Assembly: GCA_018223415.1 (NCBI GenBank)
Contig: JAGTTQ010000001.1
Span: forward strand, 2,557,498-2,621,497
Length of the DNA stretch: 64,000 nt
Reading direction: 5' to 3'
Origin: Eubacteriaceae bacterium Marseille-Q4139
GTDB lineage: Bacteria > Bacillota > Clostridia > Lachnospirales > Lachnospiraceae
Positions 37,588 to 48,060 of the stretch are shown piece by piece. The notes under the pieces are model-generated. The model was not told the DNA's origin and searched no databases. It saw nothing but the letters and a program-made list of their open reading frames with translations. The position numbers and the translations under genes are program-made. Each line of letters starts with the position of its first letter. The first letter of the stretch is position 1.

Positions 37588-38112
37588 ATGAAAAAACTGG
37601 AAGAGTATGTAATCAGCATACCGGACTTTCCCGAGGAGGGAATCATTTTCCGGGACGTGACATCCATCCTTCAGGAGGCAGACGGGCTTCATCTGGCCGT
37701 GGATAAGCTCCTTGGAATGGTGGAGGGCACGGAGTTTGACCTGGTGGTCGGGCCGGAGTCGAGAGGCTTTATTTTCGGCGTGCCGGTGGCCTACATGCTC
37801 CATAAGGGCTTCATCCCGGTTCGGAAGGCGGGGAAGCTGCCGCGGGAAACGGTGTCCGCCGAGTATGACCTGGAATACGGGACATCGAAAATCGAGATCC
37901 ATAAGGATGCCATCCGGCCTGGCCAGAAGGTTGTCATTGTCGATGATTTGATCGCCACAGGCGGGACGACAGAAGCCATCATAAAGCTGGTGGAGTCCCT
38001 GGGCGGAGAAGTGGTTAAAATCTGCTTCGTCATGGAGCTTGCCGGCCTTAAGGGACGGGAGAAGCTGGCCGGTTATCAGGTGGAATCGGCCATCGTCTAT
38101 GAGGGAAAATAA
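37588..38112 (+). CDS. apt: adenine phosphoribosyltransferase
   Basis: PRPP-binding motif VVIVDDLIATGGT; RBS GGAGGAAAAG. Confidence 0.93.
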   Translation: MKKLEEYVISIPDFPEEGIIFRDVTSILQEADGLHLAVDKLLGMVEGTEFDLVVGPESRGFIFGVPVAYMLHKGFIPVRKAGKLPRETVSAEYDLEYGTSKIEIHKDAIRPGQKVVIVDDLIATGGTTEAIIKLVESLGGEVVKICFVMELAGLKGREKLAGYQVESAIVYEGK

Positions 38113-38288
38113 GACGGACGCCGGGAAGAGGAGACATGTACCGGGAACCGCCGTCTGAACGAAAAACAGGCCGGCAGCCGCAGAAAAGGAAATATTTCTG
38201 CGCTGCCGGCCGATTTTGTCAGAAGTCCCAATCAAAAAACCGAAATTTTCCACTTTACAAAGAACATACGTTCGGTTATAATAGAGAC

Positions 38289-39548
38289 ATGAAACGAGTT
38301 GTCTTTCATGTGGATGTAAACAGCGCGTTCCTTTCCTGGGAGGCGGTGTACCGCTTAAAGCATCTTGGCGGCACACTGGATCTCCGGACAATTCCGTCGG
38401 CGGTGGGAGGCGATATGGCAAAGCGCCGCGGAATTATTCTCGCCAAATCCCTTCCGGCCAAAAAGTACGGCGTCCGGACAGGAGAAACCGTGGTGGAAGC
38501 GAAGAAAAAATGCCCGGAGCTTATGCTGGTTGCGCCTCATTACGGCCTTTATGAACGGTCGTCGGCCGCGCTGATAAAAATTTTAAAGGAATATTCGCCC
38601 CAGGTGGAGCAGTTCAGTGTGGACGAGGCTTTTCTGGATATGACGGGAATGGAGCGGCTGTTCGGGGAACCGAGGGAGGCGGCCGCGGCCTTAAAGGACA
38701 GGATCCGGGAGGAGCTGGGATTTACCGTGAATATCGGAGTGTCCTCCAATAAGCTTTTGGCGAAAATGGCTTCGGATTTTGAAAAGCCGGATAAGGTGCA
38801 CACGCTGTTTCCAGAGGAAATCCAGGAAAAAATGTGGCATCTTCCCGTAAGGGAGCTGTTCCTGGTGGGTTCGGCGACGGAGCGGAAGCTAAACCATCTC
38901 GGGATCGAAACCATCGGGGAGTTAGCCTGTACCGATGTGCGGATTCTAAAGGCCCATCTGAAAAAGCACGGCGAGGTGATCTGGGCCTTTGCCAACGGCC
39001 GCGATGCCGGGCTTGTGGAGGCGGAGCCGCCGGAGAACAAGGGCTATGGGAACAGCACGACCATTGCCTTCGATGTGACGGACCGGGAGACGGCCAGGCG
39101 CGTCCTGCTTTCTCTGGCGGAAACGGTGGCGGCCAGGTTAAGGAAGCACGGGAAAAAGGCGGAGCTTGTCTCGGTGAGCATTAAGGACAGCGGCCTTCAT
39201 ACGGTTTCCCACCAGACGGTGCTTCCTGCGGCCAGCGATATTACCATGGAGATTTATACGGCGGCCTGCCGCCTGTTTGACGAGCTCTGGGACGGCGCGC
39301 CTATCCGGCACCTCGGGATCCATACGGGGCGCCTGGGAGAAGGCGAGGCCAGACAGCTCAATATTTTTGACGGTACGGACTATGAGAAGTTGGAAAAGCT
39401 GGACGCAGCCCTCGACAATATCCGGAAGCGCCACGGGCAGGATGCGGTGATGCGGGCTTCTTTTCTTAAGTCCTCCCTCGACCATATGGCCGGCGGGATC
39501 ACCAGGGAAAGGCGCACGGTGGATTATACAAAGGAGAAAATTCAGTAG
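38289..39548 (+). CDS. dinB: DNA polymerase IV (Y-family translesion polymerase)
   Basis: VVFHVDVNSAFLS...DEAFLDMTG...KLLAKMASD motifs. Confidence 0.9.
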   Translation: MKRVVFHVDVNSAFLSWEAVYRLKHLGGTLDLRTIPSAVGGDMAKRRGIILAKSLPAKKYGVRTGETVVEAKKKCPELMLVAPHYGLYERSSAALIKILKEYSPQVEQFSVDEAFLDMTGMERLFGEPREAAAALKDRIREELGFTVNIGVSSNKLLAKMASDFEKPDKVHTLFPEEIQEKMWHLPVRELFLVGSATERKLNHLGIETIGELACTDVRILKAHLKKHGEVIWAFANGRDAGLVEAEPPENKGYGNSTTIAFDVTDRETARRVLLSLAETVAARLRKHGKKAELVSVSIKDSGLHTVSHQTVLPAASDITMEIYTAACRLFDELWDGAPIRHLGIHTGRLGEGEARQLNIFDGTDYEKLEKLDAALDNIRKRHGQDAVMRASFLKSSLDHMAGGITRERRTVDYTKEKIQ

Positions 39549-39583
39549 AAGGAGGAAATACGGAAAAAAGGAGCTGACGGAAT

Positions 39584-39916
39584 ATGGCATTTGGAATCGG
39601 TGGAAGAGAGAGCCGGGTATTTGAGGGCTTCGAGTCGAAGGAAGGCAGGAGAAGACAGCGGGAGGTGGCATGTGAATGCTGGTTCACGAGCCGCGGCGAG
39701 ACACTGCCTCTGGCGGTAAAGTTTCCGAACGAAGACGGGGAGCTTATCATGGTGCGGGATCTTCAGGTGGACTGGGCGGAGAAAAAGTATTACTGCGGCG
39801 TGCCGGCGGTGGAGTACCAGTGCCGCATGACGCTTGGCGGCCGCAGGCGGCCGGTGAGGCTGATCTTTTACCTGGAAGAATGCCGTTGGGTGATGGAGAC
39901 AGAAGAGGGCCTGTGA
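39584..39916 (+). CDS. hypothetical protein (110 aa)
   Basis: RBS AAGGAG 8 nt upstream; no recognisable motif. Confidence 0.4.
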   Translation: MAFGIGGRESRVFEGFESKEGRRRQREVACECWFTSRGETLPLAVKFPNEDGELIMVRDLQVDWAEKKYYCGVPAVEYQCRMTLGGRRRPVRLIFYLEECRWVMETEEGL

Positions 39917-39943
39917 GGAAACGGGCCGGAAAGGCAGAAGAAC

Positions 39944-40174
39944 ATGAGAGAAATTGTATTTAAAATGGAACGTCCGGGCCTCGTGACGGTGGGCCAGGAG
40001 GTAGAGGTCAGCGAGTCGGTGACGCCGGTGAACGTCAACTACATGATTGAGCCGGCCGTAGCCATGTCGGGACTTTTTAAGTTCACGGAGCGGTTAAAGA
40101 GCCGGAAGGGGATCGTGAAGGAGATTGTGGAGAACGAGCGCGGCTACTACGTGACCGTGGAATTTGACGAATAG
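39944..40174 (+). CDS. hypothetical small protein (76 aa)
   Basis: ORF with weak RBS between 39584 and sbcD; no recognisable motif. Confidence 0.35.
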   Translation: MREIVFKMERPGLVTVGQEVEVSESVTPVNVNYMIEPAVAMSGLFKFTERLKSRKGIVKEIVENERGYYVTVEFDE

Positions 40175-40190
40175 GAAAAGGGAGATGTAA

Positions 40191-41363
40191 ATGAAGCTGT
40201 TTCATTTATCGGATTTGCATATCGGAAAACAGCTCCATGGATTCAGCCTGATCGAAGATCAGACGTATATCCTTGGACGGATTTTAAAAGAGGCGGAGCA
40301 GAGGAAGCCGGACGTGATCGTGATTGCCGGGGATGTCTACGACAAGTCGGTGCCGTCTGCGGAGGCCGTTGAGGTATTTGACGGCTTCCTCACGTCCCTT
40401 GCCGCCATGGAGCAGGGGCTGGAGGTGTTTATCGTCAGCGGGAACCATGATTCCCAGGAGCGGCTGGCCTTTGGGAGCCGTCTGTTCGAGAAAAACAGGA
40501 TATTTATTGCAGGCATGGCGCCGGGAAAGGAAAATCCCAGGGTGCAGAAGCTGGTACGAAAGGATAAGGAGGGAGAGGTGAATTTTTATCTTCTTCCTTT
40601 TTTGCGCCCTTCCTTCATCCGTGAAATCGAAGGGATGGAGCAGGTAAAGACATACGATGAGGCCGTACGGGCCGTGATCGCGCAGATGGAGCCGGATTTT
40701 TCCGCGCGGAACGTCCTCGTCTGCCATCAGTTTTTTACATGGAACGGAAAAAGCCCGGAGCGGTCGGATTCCGAGACCGTCTCCGTCGGCGGCCAGGACA
40801 ACGTGGAGGTCTCGGCTGTGGAGACGTTTGACTATGTGGCGGCCGGCCATATTCACCGTCCACAGTCCGTCGGGGGAGACCATGTCCGCTACTGCGGCTC
40901 GCCGTTAAAATATTCGGTTTCGGAGGCGGGACAGGAGAAAGGGATTCTGGAAGTGACGCTCGGGAAGAAAGGCGACGTGACGGTGGAAAAAATTCCTCTG
41001 GTGCCTCTCAGGGATGTGAGGAAAATCAGGGGAAAGCTCTCGGAGCTGATTTCCGAAGAGACGCTCTCGGCAGCAGATCCCAAAGATTTTGTCAGTGCCG
41101 TCCTGACGGATGAGGAGGAGCTTTACGAGCCGGGACGCGTGCTTTCAAGGCATTATCCGAACCTTTTGGAGTGGACGGTGGAAAACAGCAGGACGCGGCG
41201 GGAATTTTCTGAAGAAGAGCTGCCGGCGGAAAAAAAGAGCCTTCCGGAGCTTTTTGAGGAATTTTACATACAGATGCAGGGCGCAGAAATGAAGGAAAAC
41301 CAGAGGAAAGCCATGGAAGAAATTTTCCTGAGACTGGAGGCAGGAGGGGAGGAGGAAGCATGA
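40191..41363 (+). CDS. sbcD: exonuclease SbcD (Mre11-type nuclease)
   Basis: calcineurin-like phosphoesterase motifs (HLSDLHIG, GDVYD, GNHD). Confidence 0.92.
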   Translation: MKLFHLSDLHIGKQLHGFSLIEDQTYILGRILKEAEQRKPDVIVIAGDVYDKSVPSAEAVEVFDGFLTSLAAMEQGLEVFIVSGNHDSQERLAFGSRLFEKNRIFIAGMAPGKENPRVQKLVRKDKEGEVNFYLLPFLRPSFIREIEGMEQVKTYDEAVRAVIAQMEPDFSARNVLVCHQFFTWNGKSPERSDSETVSVGGQDNVEVSAVETFDYVAAGHIHRPQSVGGDHVRYCGSPLKYSVSEAGQEKGILEVTLGKKGDVTVEKIPLVPLRDVRKIRGKLSELISEETLSAADPKDFVSAVLTDEEELYEPGRVLSRHYPNLLEWTVENSRTRREFSEEELPAEKKSLPELFEEFYIQMQGAEMKENQRKAMEEIFLRLEAGGEEEA

Positions 41364-44300
41364 AACCGATTTGTCTGACAATGTGTGCCTTCGGCTCCTA
41401 TGGCGGAAAGACGGTCATTGATTTTACGAAGGCCGGCCGGGGCGTTTTCCTGATTACCGGGGATACCGGGGCGGGGAAGACGACGATTTTTGACGGGATT
41501 ACCTTCGCCCTTTACGGGGAGACAAGCGGAGGAAAACGGGACGGCAGGATGATGCGGAGCCAGTATGCCGGGTCTGAAGACGAGACCTATGTGGAGTTTA
41601 CATTTTCCTATCGCGGAGAGATCTACACGGTTTTCAGGAGCCCGGAATACATGAGAGAGAAGAAGCGGGGAAGCGGCCTTGTGAAGGCGGCGGCCAGGGT
41701 GGAGCTGACGCTTCCAGACGGGACGGCTTTCCGGGGGAAGAACCGGGAGACGGATAAAAAAATCTGTGAGATCATGGGAATCGACAGGGAGCAGTTTACG
41801 CAGATTTCCATGATTGCCCAGGGAGATTTCCTGCGGCTCCTTCATGCCAGCTCTGAAAACAGGAAGAAGATTTTTTCCACAATTTTCCACACCGGGCCCT
41901 GCCGGGACGCTGAAGAGGAGCTGAACAAAAAGAGAAAGCAGTTAAAGGATCAGATTCAGGCGGGCGAGGAACGGCTGAGGGCCCATGTCCGGTCGATCCG
42001 ACTTACGGAGGAAGCGGGAAGCGAAGACGAAGCCCGGCTGGAGAAGCTTTGCCGGGAAGAGGTTTTGCCTCCGGGAGAGGCGTCAGAATTTTTATCTGAG
42101 CTTCTTTGTAAGGAACAGGGACAGCTTCGGACGGCCGACCGGGAGTTAGCGGAGCTGGATGATAGCCTCCAGAAGGCGTTGGAGGAAAACGGAAGGCTTT
42201 TAAAGGCAGCGGAACAGGCCCGCCAGTACGAAGAGAAAAAGGCAGAGCTTAGGAGGGAAGAAGAAAAAGAGGCGCATTACACGGCATGGAAGGCCAGATA
42301 TGAGGAAGCCGCGAAGGCATATGGGATGAGGCCCTATGAGAGCCGGTATCTGGAGGCGGAGCGGCAGACGGCGGCTGCCGAAAGAAGCAGGGAGGCCGCT
42401 GAGAAGGCGCTTTCGGAGGCCGAAGCCGGATTTTCGGAGGCAAAACAGGTACTGCTTGCCGCCGAAGAAGAGTTTGGAAGAAAAGAGCCGCTATACAGGA
42501 CGGAGCTTTTAAAGCTGGAGCAGGAGGAAAAGGACTGGAGACGGAAGGCAGAGCTGGAAACGGAGGCGGCAGAGCGGAGAGCGCAGTCGGAAGAGGAAGC
42601 AAAACGTGGGCTCGCGTTAAAGGAAAGGAAGGAGAAGCTGGAATCGGCCATCGGCGAGTGCGAGAGAAAGATACAGGCCTTTTCAGAGGCGGCTCCCATT
42701 CTTGCGGAGCTTGAGCATTCCTTAAAGGAGCTGGCCGCATTTGAGGAAACGGCAGCCAGGCTGAAAGAAGAGCGGAAGGCGCTGGAAACGAGAAAGATAC
42801 GTCTGGAAGCCATGAAGCGGGAGCAGGAAAAACGGATACAGGCCTTTTCGGAGGCAGAGCGGCTGTACCAGGAGCTTCAGGAGCAGTTTTTCCGGGAACA
42901 GGCCGGGATCCTTGCCCGCGACAGGTTAAAAGACGGCTTCCCCTGCCCGGTCTGCGGAGCCGTCAGCCACCCGGCCCCGGCGGCCCTGGCAGAGAGCGCG
43001 CCCACGGAAGAAGAAGTGAAGCGTGCATCCGCAAAGCGGGAGGAGAAAAGGGGACTCTGTGAAGCGCTGGGGACGGAGATTACGAAGGAAATGACGGGAA
43101 TCTCCGAAAAGGAGCGCCAGCTCTGCGAGGAAGAAAAACGGCTTCCGGAGAATATGGCGGAGAAAAAGGAGACGATGGAGCGCCGGCGGGCAGAGCTTCT
43201 GCTCCTGAAGAAAGAGGGAACGGACGCGGCTGAGACCGGAAAGTCCCTGGGAGAAGAGCTGGAAAGAACGAAAAAGAGCATGCAGGACTGCCGTCTTTCC
43301 GAGGAGCTGGAAAAAGCAGCGGTTTTGAAGCTGGAGGAAGAAATAGGGAAGCTGGAAAAGCAGCTTTTCTTCCGCTCGAAAGAGGCGCTGCTTACGGAAA
43401 AAGAACGGCTGGAGCAGGAGCTTCGCCGGAAGAAGGCAGAGACGGAAGCGGCCAGGCAGAAGGAAAAACAGGCCGCGGAGACGGCTTCCTCCGCCAGACA
43501 GGCGTGCCGTTCGGCAGAAGAGCACCTGATTTTAAGGAAAAGAGAGCAGGAAGAGGCAGGAAGCACATGGAACCAGGTCTGGAAGGACAGCGGCTTTACA
43601 AGAGAGCAGTACACGGCATCCCTGGCATGGAGAGAGACAGAGGAGGCCAGGGAGGCGGGAGCGCAGACGGAGGAATATTTCCGCAGGTTGGCAGAGCTTA
43701 AGGCGGCCGTTAAGACGCTGGAGACCGGTCTTTTGGAGGCCTCGGAGGAAAGGGCCGGGGAGCTCCGGGAAGAGATCCGGAAGCTTCGGGAGAAGAAGGG
43801 ATCCCTGGAGAAAAAGCGGGACGGGATTTCCGCTGCCGTCCAAAACCACGAAAGCATCCTTTTGCAGATGGAGACAGAGGAACGGGAGAGCGGCGGGCTC
43901 ATCGAGGCCTTCCTTTTATACGACGGCCTCTGGCAGACAGCCAGCGGGAACCTGAAAGGAAAGGTAAAGATTGACTTTGAGACATATGTCCAGAGACAGT
44001 ATTTTGAGAAAATCCTGACGGCGGCCAACCGGAGATTTCTGAAGCTGTCCGACGGAAAACTGAAATTAAAATGCAGACAGCTTGAGGACATGGGCGGCCA
44101 GGGGCATTCCGGCCTGGAGCTGAATGTCTACGTGATGGCGACGGGAAAGGAGCGGGATGTGAAAACCCTGTCCGGCGGCGAGTCGTTCCTTGCGTCCCTG
44201 TCCCTGGCGCTGGGACTTTCCGACGTGGTGCAGAGCCAGGCGGGCGCCGTGAGAATGGAAGCCATGTTTGTGGACGAGGGCTTCGGCGCTCTGGACGACG

Positions 44301-44464
44301 AGACGCGGGAACTGGCTGTCCGCGTGCTTCACGACCTGGCAGGCGATGAGCGCATGGTCGGCATCATCTCCCATGTGAACGAACTGAAGGCGCAGATCGG
44401 AAAGAAACTCATCGTCACGAAGGGCGAACAGGGGAGCCGGGCCGCCTGGTCTATTGAGGACTGA
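41360..44464 (+). CDS. sbcC: exonuclease SbcC (Rad50-type SMC ATPase)
   Basis: Walker A GDTGAGKTT; long coiled coils with central CPVCG zinc hook; C-terminal signature/Walker B (LSGGESF, FVDEGFGALD). Confidence 0.92.
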   Translation: MKPICLTMCAFGSYGGKTVIDFTKAGRGVFLITGDTGAGKTTIFDGITFALYGETSGGKRDGRMMRSQYAGSEDETYVEFTFSYRGEIYTVFRSPEYMREKKRGSGLVKAAARVELTLPDGTAFRGKNRETDKKICEIMGIDREQFTQISMIAQGDFLRLLHASSENRKKIFSTIFHTGPCRDAEEELNKKRKQLKDQIQAGEERLRAHVRSIRLTEEAGSEDEARLEKLCREEVLPPGEASEFLSELLCKEQGQLRTADRELAELDDSLQKALEENGRLLKAAEQARQYEEKKAELRREEEKEAHYTAWKARYEEAAKAYGMRPYESRYLEAERQTAAAERSREAAEKALSEAEAGFSEAKQVLLAAEEEFGRKEPLYRTELLKLEQEEKDWRRKAELETEAAERRAQSEEEAKRGLALKERKEKLESAIGECERKIQAFSEAAPILAELEHSLKELAAFEETAARLKEERKALETRKIRLEAMKREQEKRIQAFSEAERLYQELQEQFFREQAGILARDRLKDGFPCPVCGAVSHPAPAALAESAPTEEEVKRASAKREEKRGLCEALGTEITKEMTGISEKERQLCEEEKRLPENMAEKKETMERRRAELLLLKKEGTDAAETGKSLGEELERTKKSMQDCRLSEELEKAAVLKLEEEIGKLEKQLFFRSKEALLTEKERLEQELRRKKAETEAARQKEKQAAETASSARQACRSAEEHLILRKREQEEAGSTWNQVWKDSGFTREQYTASLAWRETEEAREAGAQTEEYFRRLAELKAAVKTLETGLLEASEERAGELREEIRKLREKKGSLEKKRDGISAAVQNHESILLQMETEERESGGLIEAFLLYDGLWQTASGNLKGKVKIDFETYVQRQYFEKILTAANRRFLKLSDGKLKLKCRQLEDMGGQGHSGLELNVYVMATGKERDVKTLSGGESFLASLSLALGLSDVVQSQAGAVRMEAMFVDEGFGALDDETRELAVRVLHDLAGDERMVGIISHVNELKAQIGKKLIVTKGEQGSRAAWSIED

Positions 44465-44549
44465 GAAAGGCGTGGTTTCCAGGGGGCTGTGGAAGACATC
44501 CCGTACCCCAGGCCTCTCGAGGACTTAGAAAGACATCCTGCCGAAAGCC

Positions 44550-46067
44550 TCAGGATTCGCTTCCGGCAGGACGGTGAAAGAAAAGCAGCATGAGCCCGTA
44601 GCAGGTACAGACAATCAGGATGCGGAGGCAGGTGCCGAAAAATTCGGGAAGGCCGGAGGCAAAGAGAAACGAATCAGGAAAAATGCGGTAAATCCCTAGA
44701 GCCACGGCCAGGCAGAACACAGGCTTCACGATGACTTCCCAGGCGTTGGCGGAAAAGCCGACGGCTTCTCTTAAGGCCAGGATATGTAAGAGCGCCAGAA
44801 GGAGCTCACTTGCCAGCATCCCCCACAGGTATGCCAGGATGCCGATTTTCGGGATTCCGATTACGATGAAGCAGAGCCTGAAAAGCAGGGCGGCCAGATG
44901 ATGAAGGAAGGTTGTGGTTGTCTTCCCGAGGCCGTTTAAGATGCTTCCCATGGTGGTGGAAAGGTAGAGGAACGGACAGAGCCAGGCAAGGATTGTGATG
45001 AAGCTTCCTGCTTCCTCATTTTTAAAGACCTGGACGCCGAGGCTGTCCCCGAAGATGGTGAAAATGCCGACGCAGAGGATGCCCATGTAGAGGCTGTACC
45101 GGAAGGACATGGCGATGCGCCTGGTGATTTCGCGGCTGTCGCCGCCTGCCTGTGCCCTGGCAACAGAAGGAAGCAGGACGACGGCCAGGGAATTGACGAT
45201 GGCCGAGGGAAACATGATAAAGGACATGGCCATGCCGTTTAGGACGCCGAGCGTGCTGACCGCCTGGGACTGGCTTAAGCCGAAGGCAGCCAGCCGGTTG
45301 GGGATCAGGATGGATTCGGCGCTCCTTAAAAGATTCATGACGAGCCGGTTTGCCATGAGCGGCAGGGCCAGCGCCATGAGAGGAATGGCGATGGAAGCCA
45401 TGGAGGGGGCGTGGGGATCCGGCCGGGTATCGCCATCCTTTTCCAGTAAAAGAAAGGTCAGGAGCGTGAACAGGGCAGAACCGGCTTCGCCGATAAGAAG
45501 GCCGGCGGCCGCCAGGGAGACGGTGATTTCGATGCCCTTTTCCCGGCAGATGTCAGCGAGAAGGAAGACGGCAAACATCCGGATTCCCTGCTCGGCTAAC
45601 TGGGAGAAGGCCGGGATCTGCACTTTTTCTTTTCCATAATAATATCCGCAGATACAGGAGTGGAGGGCAGAACAGGGGATTGCCAGTGCAAAAGCAGGAA
45701 GCAAAGGAGCGCAGCGCGGTTCCATGAGCACATGGACGGCGAGGAAGCCGGAAAAACGCCAGATCAGTGCCGCCAGGAAAATCGCCATGGAGAAAGAGAT
45801 GGCAAAGCCGGTGAAAAGCGTCTTTTTGGCCCTGGAAGGACATGCGGCCGTGAAGCGGGAGATGGCCGTCTGGAGGGAACCGGCGCATAGAGAGAGGCAG
45901 ATCCCGTAAACGGGAAACATCATCTGATAAATCCCGAGCCCCTCGGCGCCGATGGCGCGGGAGAGGAAAATTTTATAGAAAAATCCGAGGATCCTGGAGA
46001 GAAAGCCTGCGGCGGTAAGAAGGACTGCGCCGGCGATCAGGGTATGCTTCTTAAAAAAATCAGTCAT
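44550..46067 (-). CDS. spoVB: SpoVB-type polysaccharide/lipid-II flippase (MOP superfamily), stage V sporulation protein B-like
   Basis: ~14-TM protein with SpoVB/MurJ-like N-terminus (FLSRILGFFYKIFLSRAIGAEGLGIYQM). Confidence 0.75.
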   Translation of the reverse strand: MTDFFKKHTLIAGAVLLTAAGFLSRILGFFYKIFLSRAIGAEGLGIYQMMFPVYGICLSLCAGSLQTAISRFTAACPSRAKKTLFTGFAISFSMAIFLAALIWRFSGFLAVHVLMEPRCAPLLPAFALAIPCSALHSCICGYYYGKEKVQIPAFSQLAEQGIRMFAVFLLADICREKGIEITVSLAAAGLLIGEAGSALFTLLTFLLLEKDGDTRPDPHAPSMASIAIPLMALALPLMANRLVMNLLRSAESILIPNRLAAFGLSQSQAVSTLGVLNGMAMSFIMFPSAIVNSLAVVLLPSVARAQAGGDSREITRRIAMSFRYSLYMGILCVGIFTIFGDSLGVQVFKNEEAGSFITILAWLCPFLYLSTTMGSILNGLGKTTTTFLHHLAALLFRLCFIVIGIPKIGILAYLWGMLASELLLALLHILALREAVGFSANAWEVIVKPVFCLAVALGIYRIFPDSFLFASGLPEFFGTCLRILIVCTCYGLMLLFFHRPAGSES

Positions 46068-46355
46068 GCGGCCTCCCGGGAAAGGAAATTGCTACATTGT
46101 ATGCAAAAAAAAGAGCGGATTATTCGGAACGGAAGGAAAATCCCGGGGCTGGCATCAGGAAAAACCGGTCAAGGCGCGGAATACGCCAGATACTGATAAT
46201 GATTCCTGATATTATTATATTTTTCTTAATTCTCAGGATTCCTGTTGAAATCCCCCCGGAATATTATTATAATGTAGAATAGTTTCCCGGAAACGGGGGA
46301 CGGTAAATCAATAGTAGATGAGGCTTTTAACCTGTATTTACGGAAAGGCGGATTT

Positions 46356-47555
46356 ATGAAGAAAGTAATTTATCTTGACAACGCGGCCACGACGAAGGTG
46401 CGTCCCGAGGTCGTGGAGGCGATGCTCCCGTTTTATACGGAGAATTACGGAAATCCATCTTCGGTGTATTCTTTTTCCACACCGTGCAAAGAGGCAATGG
46501 CCCACAGCAGAGAAGTAATCGCAAATGCTCTTGGAGCAAACGCCAATGAAATTTATTTTACGAACGGCGGCACCGAGTCCGACAACTGGGCGCTTACGGC
46601 CGCGGCCGAGGCGTATGCTTCCAAGGGAAAACACATCATTACGACACAGATTGAACATCACGCGGTTCTGCACACAGGCCAGTATCTCGAAAAGAGAGGA
46701 TTTGAGGTCACGTATCTTCCGGTGGATGAGTACGGCCTTGTGGATCCGGAGGAGCTTAAAAAAGCCATCCGTCCCGATACGATCCTGATCTCCGTGATGT
46801 TTGCAAATAATGAGATCGGCACCATCGAGCCGATTAAGGAAATCGGTGCAATCGCAAAAGAACATGGAATCCTGTTCCACACCGACGCCGTCCAGGCCTT
46901 CGGACATGAGCGCATTGATGTGGACGAGTGCAATATTGATATGTTAAGCGCCAGCGCCCATAAGTTAAACGGCCCCAAGGGCGTCGGCATCCTCTATATC
47001 CGGAAGGGCGTAAAAATCCGCTCCTTTATCCACGGCGGTGCCCAGGAAAGAAAGCGCCGCGCCGGCACGGAGAATGTGCCCGGGATCGTCGGCATGGGAA
47101 AGGCCGTGGAAATTGCCATGGAACACATGGAGGAGAACCGGAAGAAAGAGACGGAGTTAAGGGATTACCTGATCCGCCGCGTGATGGAGGAAGTGCCCTA
47201 CACGAGGCTTAACGGCCACCCGGCCAGACGTCTCTCCAACAATGCAAACTTTGCGTTCCAGTTTATCGAGGGAGAGTCCCTGCTTATCATGCTGGATATG
47301 GACGGGATCTGCGGTTCCAGCGGTTCCGCATGTACGTCCGGCTCCCTGGATCCGTCCCATGTGCTGCTTGCCATCGGGCTGCCCCATGAAATTGCCCATG
47401 GTTCCCTGCGCCTGACCTTAAGCGAGGAGACGACGAAGGAGGACATTGACTACACGGTGGAAAGCGTCAAGCGGATCGTGGAGCGCCTCCGTTCCATGTC
47501 CCCGCTCTATGAGGACTTCGTAAAGAGCAGGGAAAAACAGGACACGAAAGGCTAA
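46356..47555 (+). CDS. nifS: cysteine desulfurase (NifS/IscS type)
   Basis: IYLDNAATT..., PLP-lysine region SASAHKLNGPKG, catalytic SSGSACTS. Confidence 0.95.
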   Translation: MKKVIYLDNAATTKVRPEVVEAMLPFYTENYGNPSSVYSFSTPCKEAMAHSREVIANALGANANEIYFTNGGTESDNWALTAAAEAYASKGKHIITTQIEHHAVLHTGQYLEKRGFEVTYLPVDEYGLVDPEELKKAIRPDTILISVMFANNEIGTIEPIKEIGAIAKEHGILFHTDAVQAFGHERIDVDECNIDMLSASAHKLNGPKGVGILYIRKGVKIRSFIHGGAQERKRRAGTENVPGIVGMGKAVEIAMEHMEENRKKETELRDYLIRRVMEEVPYTRLNGHPARRLSNNANFAFQFIEGESLLIMLDMDGICGSSGSACTSGSLDPSHVLLAIGLPHEIAHGSLRLTLSEETTKEDIDYTVESVKRIVERLRSMSPLYEDFVKSREKQDTKG

Positions 47556-47617
47556 CTGCCGCAGAAGAGACCGGAAACAGACGACAGAGGGAAAGAAAAA
47601 GAACAGGAGATCAATCT

Positions 47618-48058
47618 ATGTATTCAGAAAAAGTAATGGACCACTTTCAGAACCCGAGAAACGTGGGTGAAATAGAGGACGCCAGCGGCGTCGGAACCGT
47701 CGGAAATGCAAAATGCGGGGACATCATGCGGATTTATCTCGATATCGACGATGAGACCCATATCATCCGTGACTGCAAATTCAAGACCTTTGGCTGCGGC
47801 GCGGCTGTGGCCACCAGCAGCATGGCGACGGAGCTTGTAAAGGGAAAGACCATCGAGGAGGCCATGCAGGTGACGAACAAGGCCGTCATGGAGGCCTTAG
47901 ACGGGCTTCCGCCGGTGAAGGTACACTGCTCCCTGCTTGCGGAGGAGGCGATCCACGCGGCACTCTGGGATTATGCCGAAAAGCACGGTATCCAGATCGA
48001 AGGCCTCGAGAAACCGAAATCCGACATCAGCGAGCACGATGAGGACGAGGAATATTAA
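47618..48058 (+). CDS. iscU: Fe-S cluster assembly scaffold protein (NifU/IscU N-domain type)
   Basis: [12 protein letters not shown], cluster-ligand Cys residues (GNAKCGD...GCGAA...HCS). Confidence 0.93.
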   Translation: MYSEKVMDHFQNPRNVGEIEDASGVGTVGNAKCGDIMRIYLDIDDETHIIRDCKFKTFGCGAAVATSSMATELVKGKTIEEAMQVTNKAVMEALDGLPPVKVHCSLLAEEAIHAALWDYAEKHGIQIEGLEKPKSDISEHDEDEEY

Positions 48059-48060
48059 GA

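Noticed and set aside
42877-44091. 404-aa Ser-rich ORF antisense to sbcC
   Set aside because: Antisense to the Glu/Lys/Ala-rich coiled-coil coding region of sbcC. The composition (Ser/Phe/Arg) is the mirror-image artefact.
46068-46355. T-box or Cys-responsive leader upstream of nifS
   Set aside because: A sigmaA-like promoter (TTGAAA, 17 bp, TATAAT) and a short hairpin (UCCCGGAAACGGGGGA) are present. The leader is too short (~70 nt) and lacks a T-box sequence or specifier loop.
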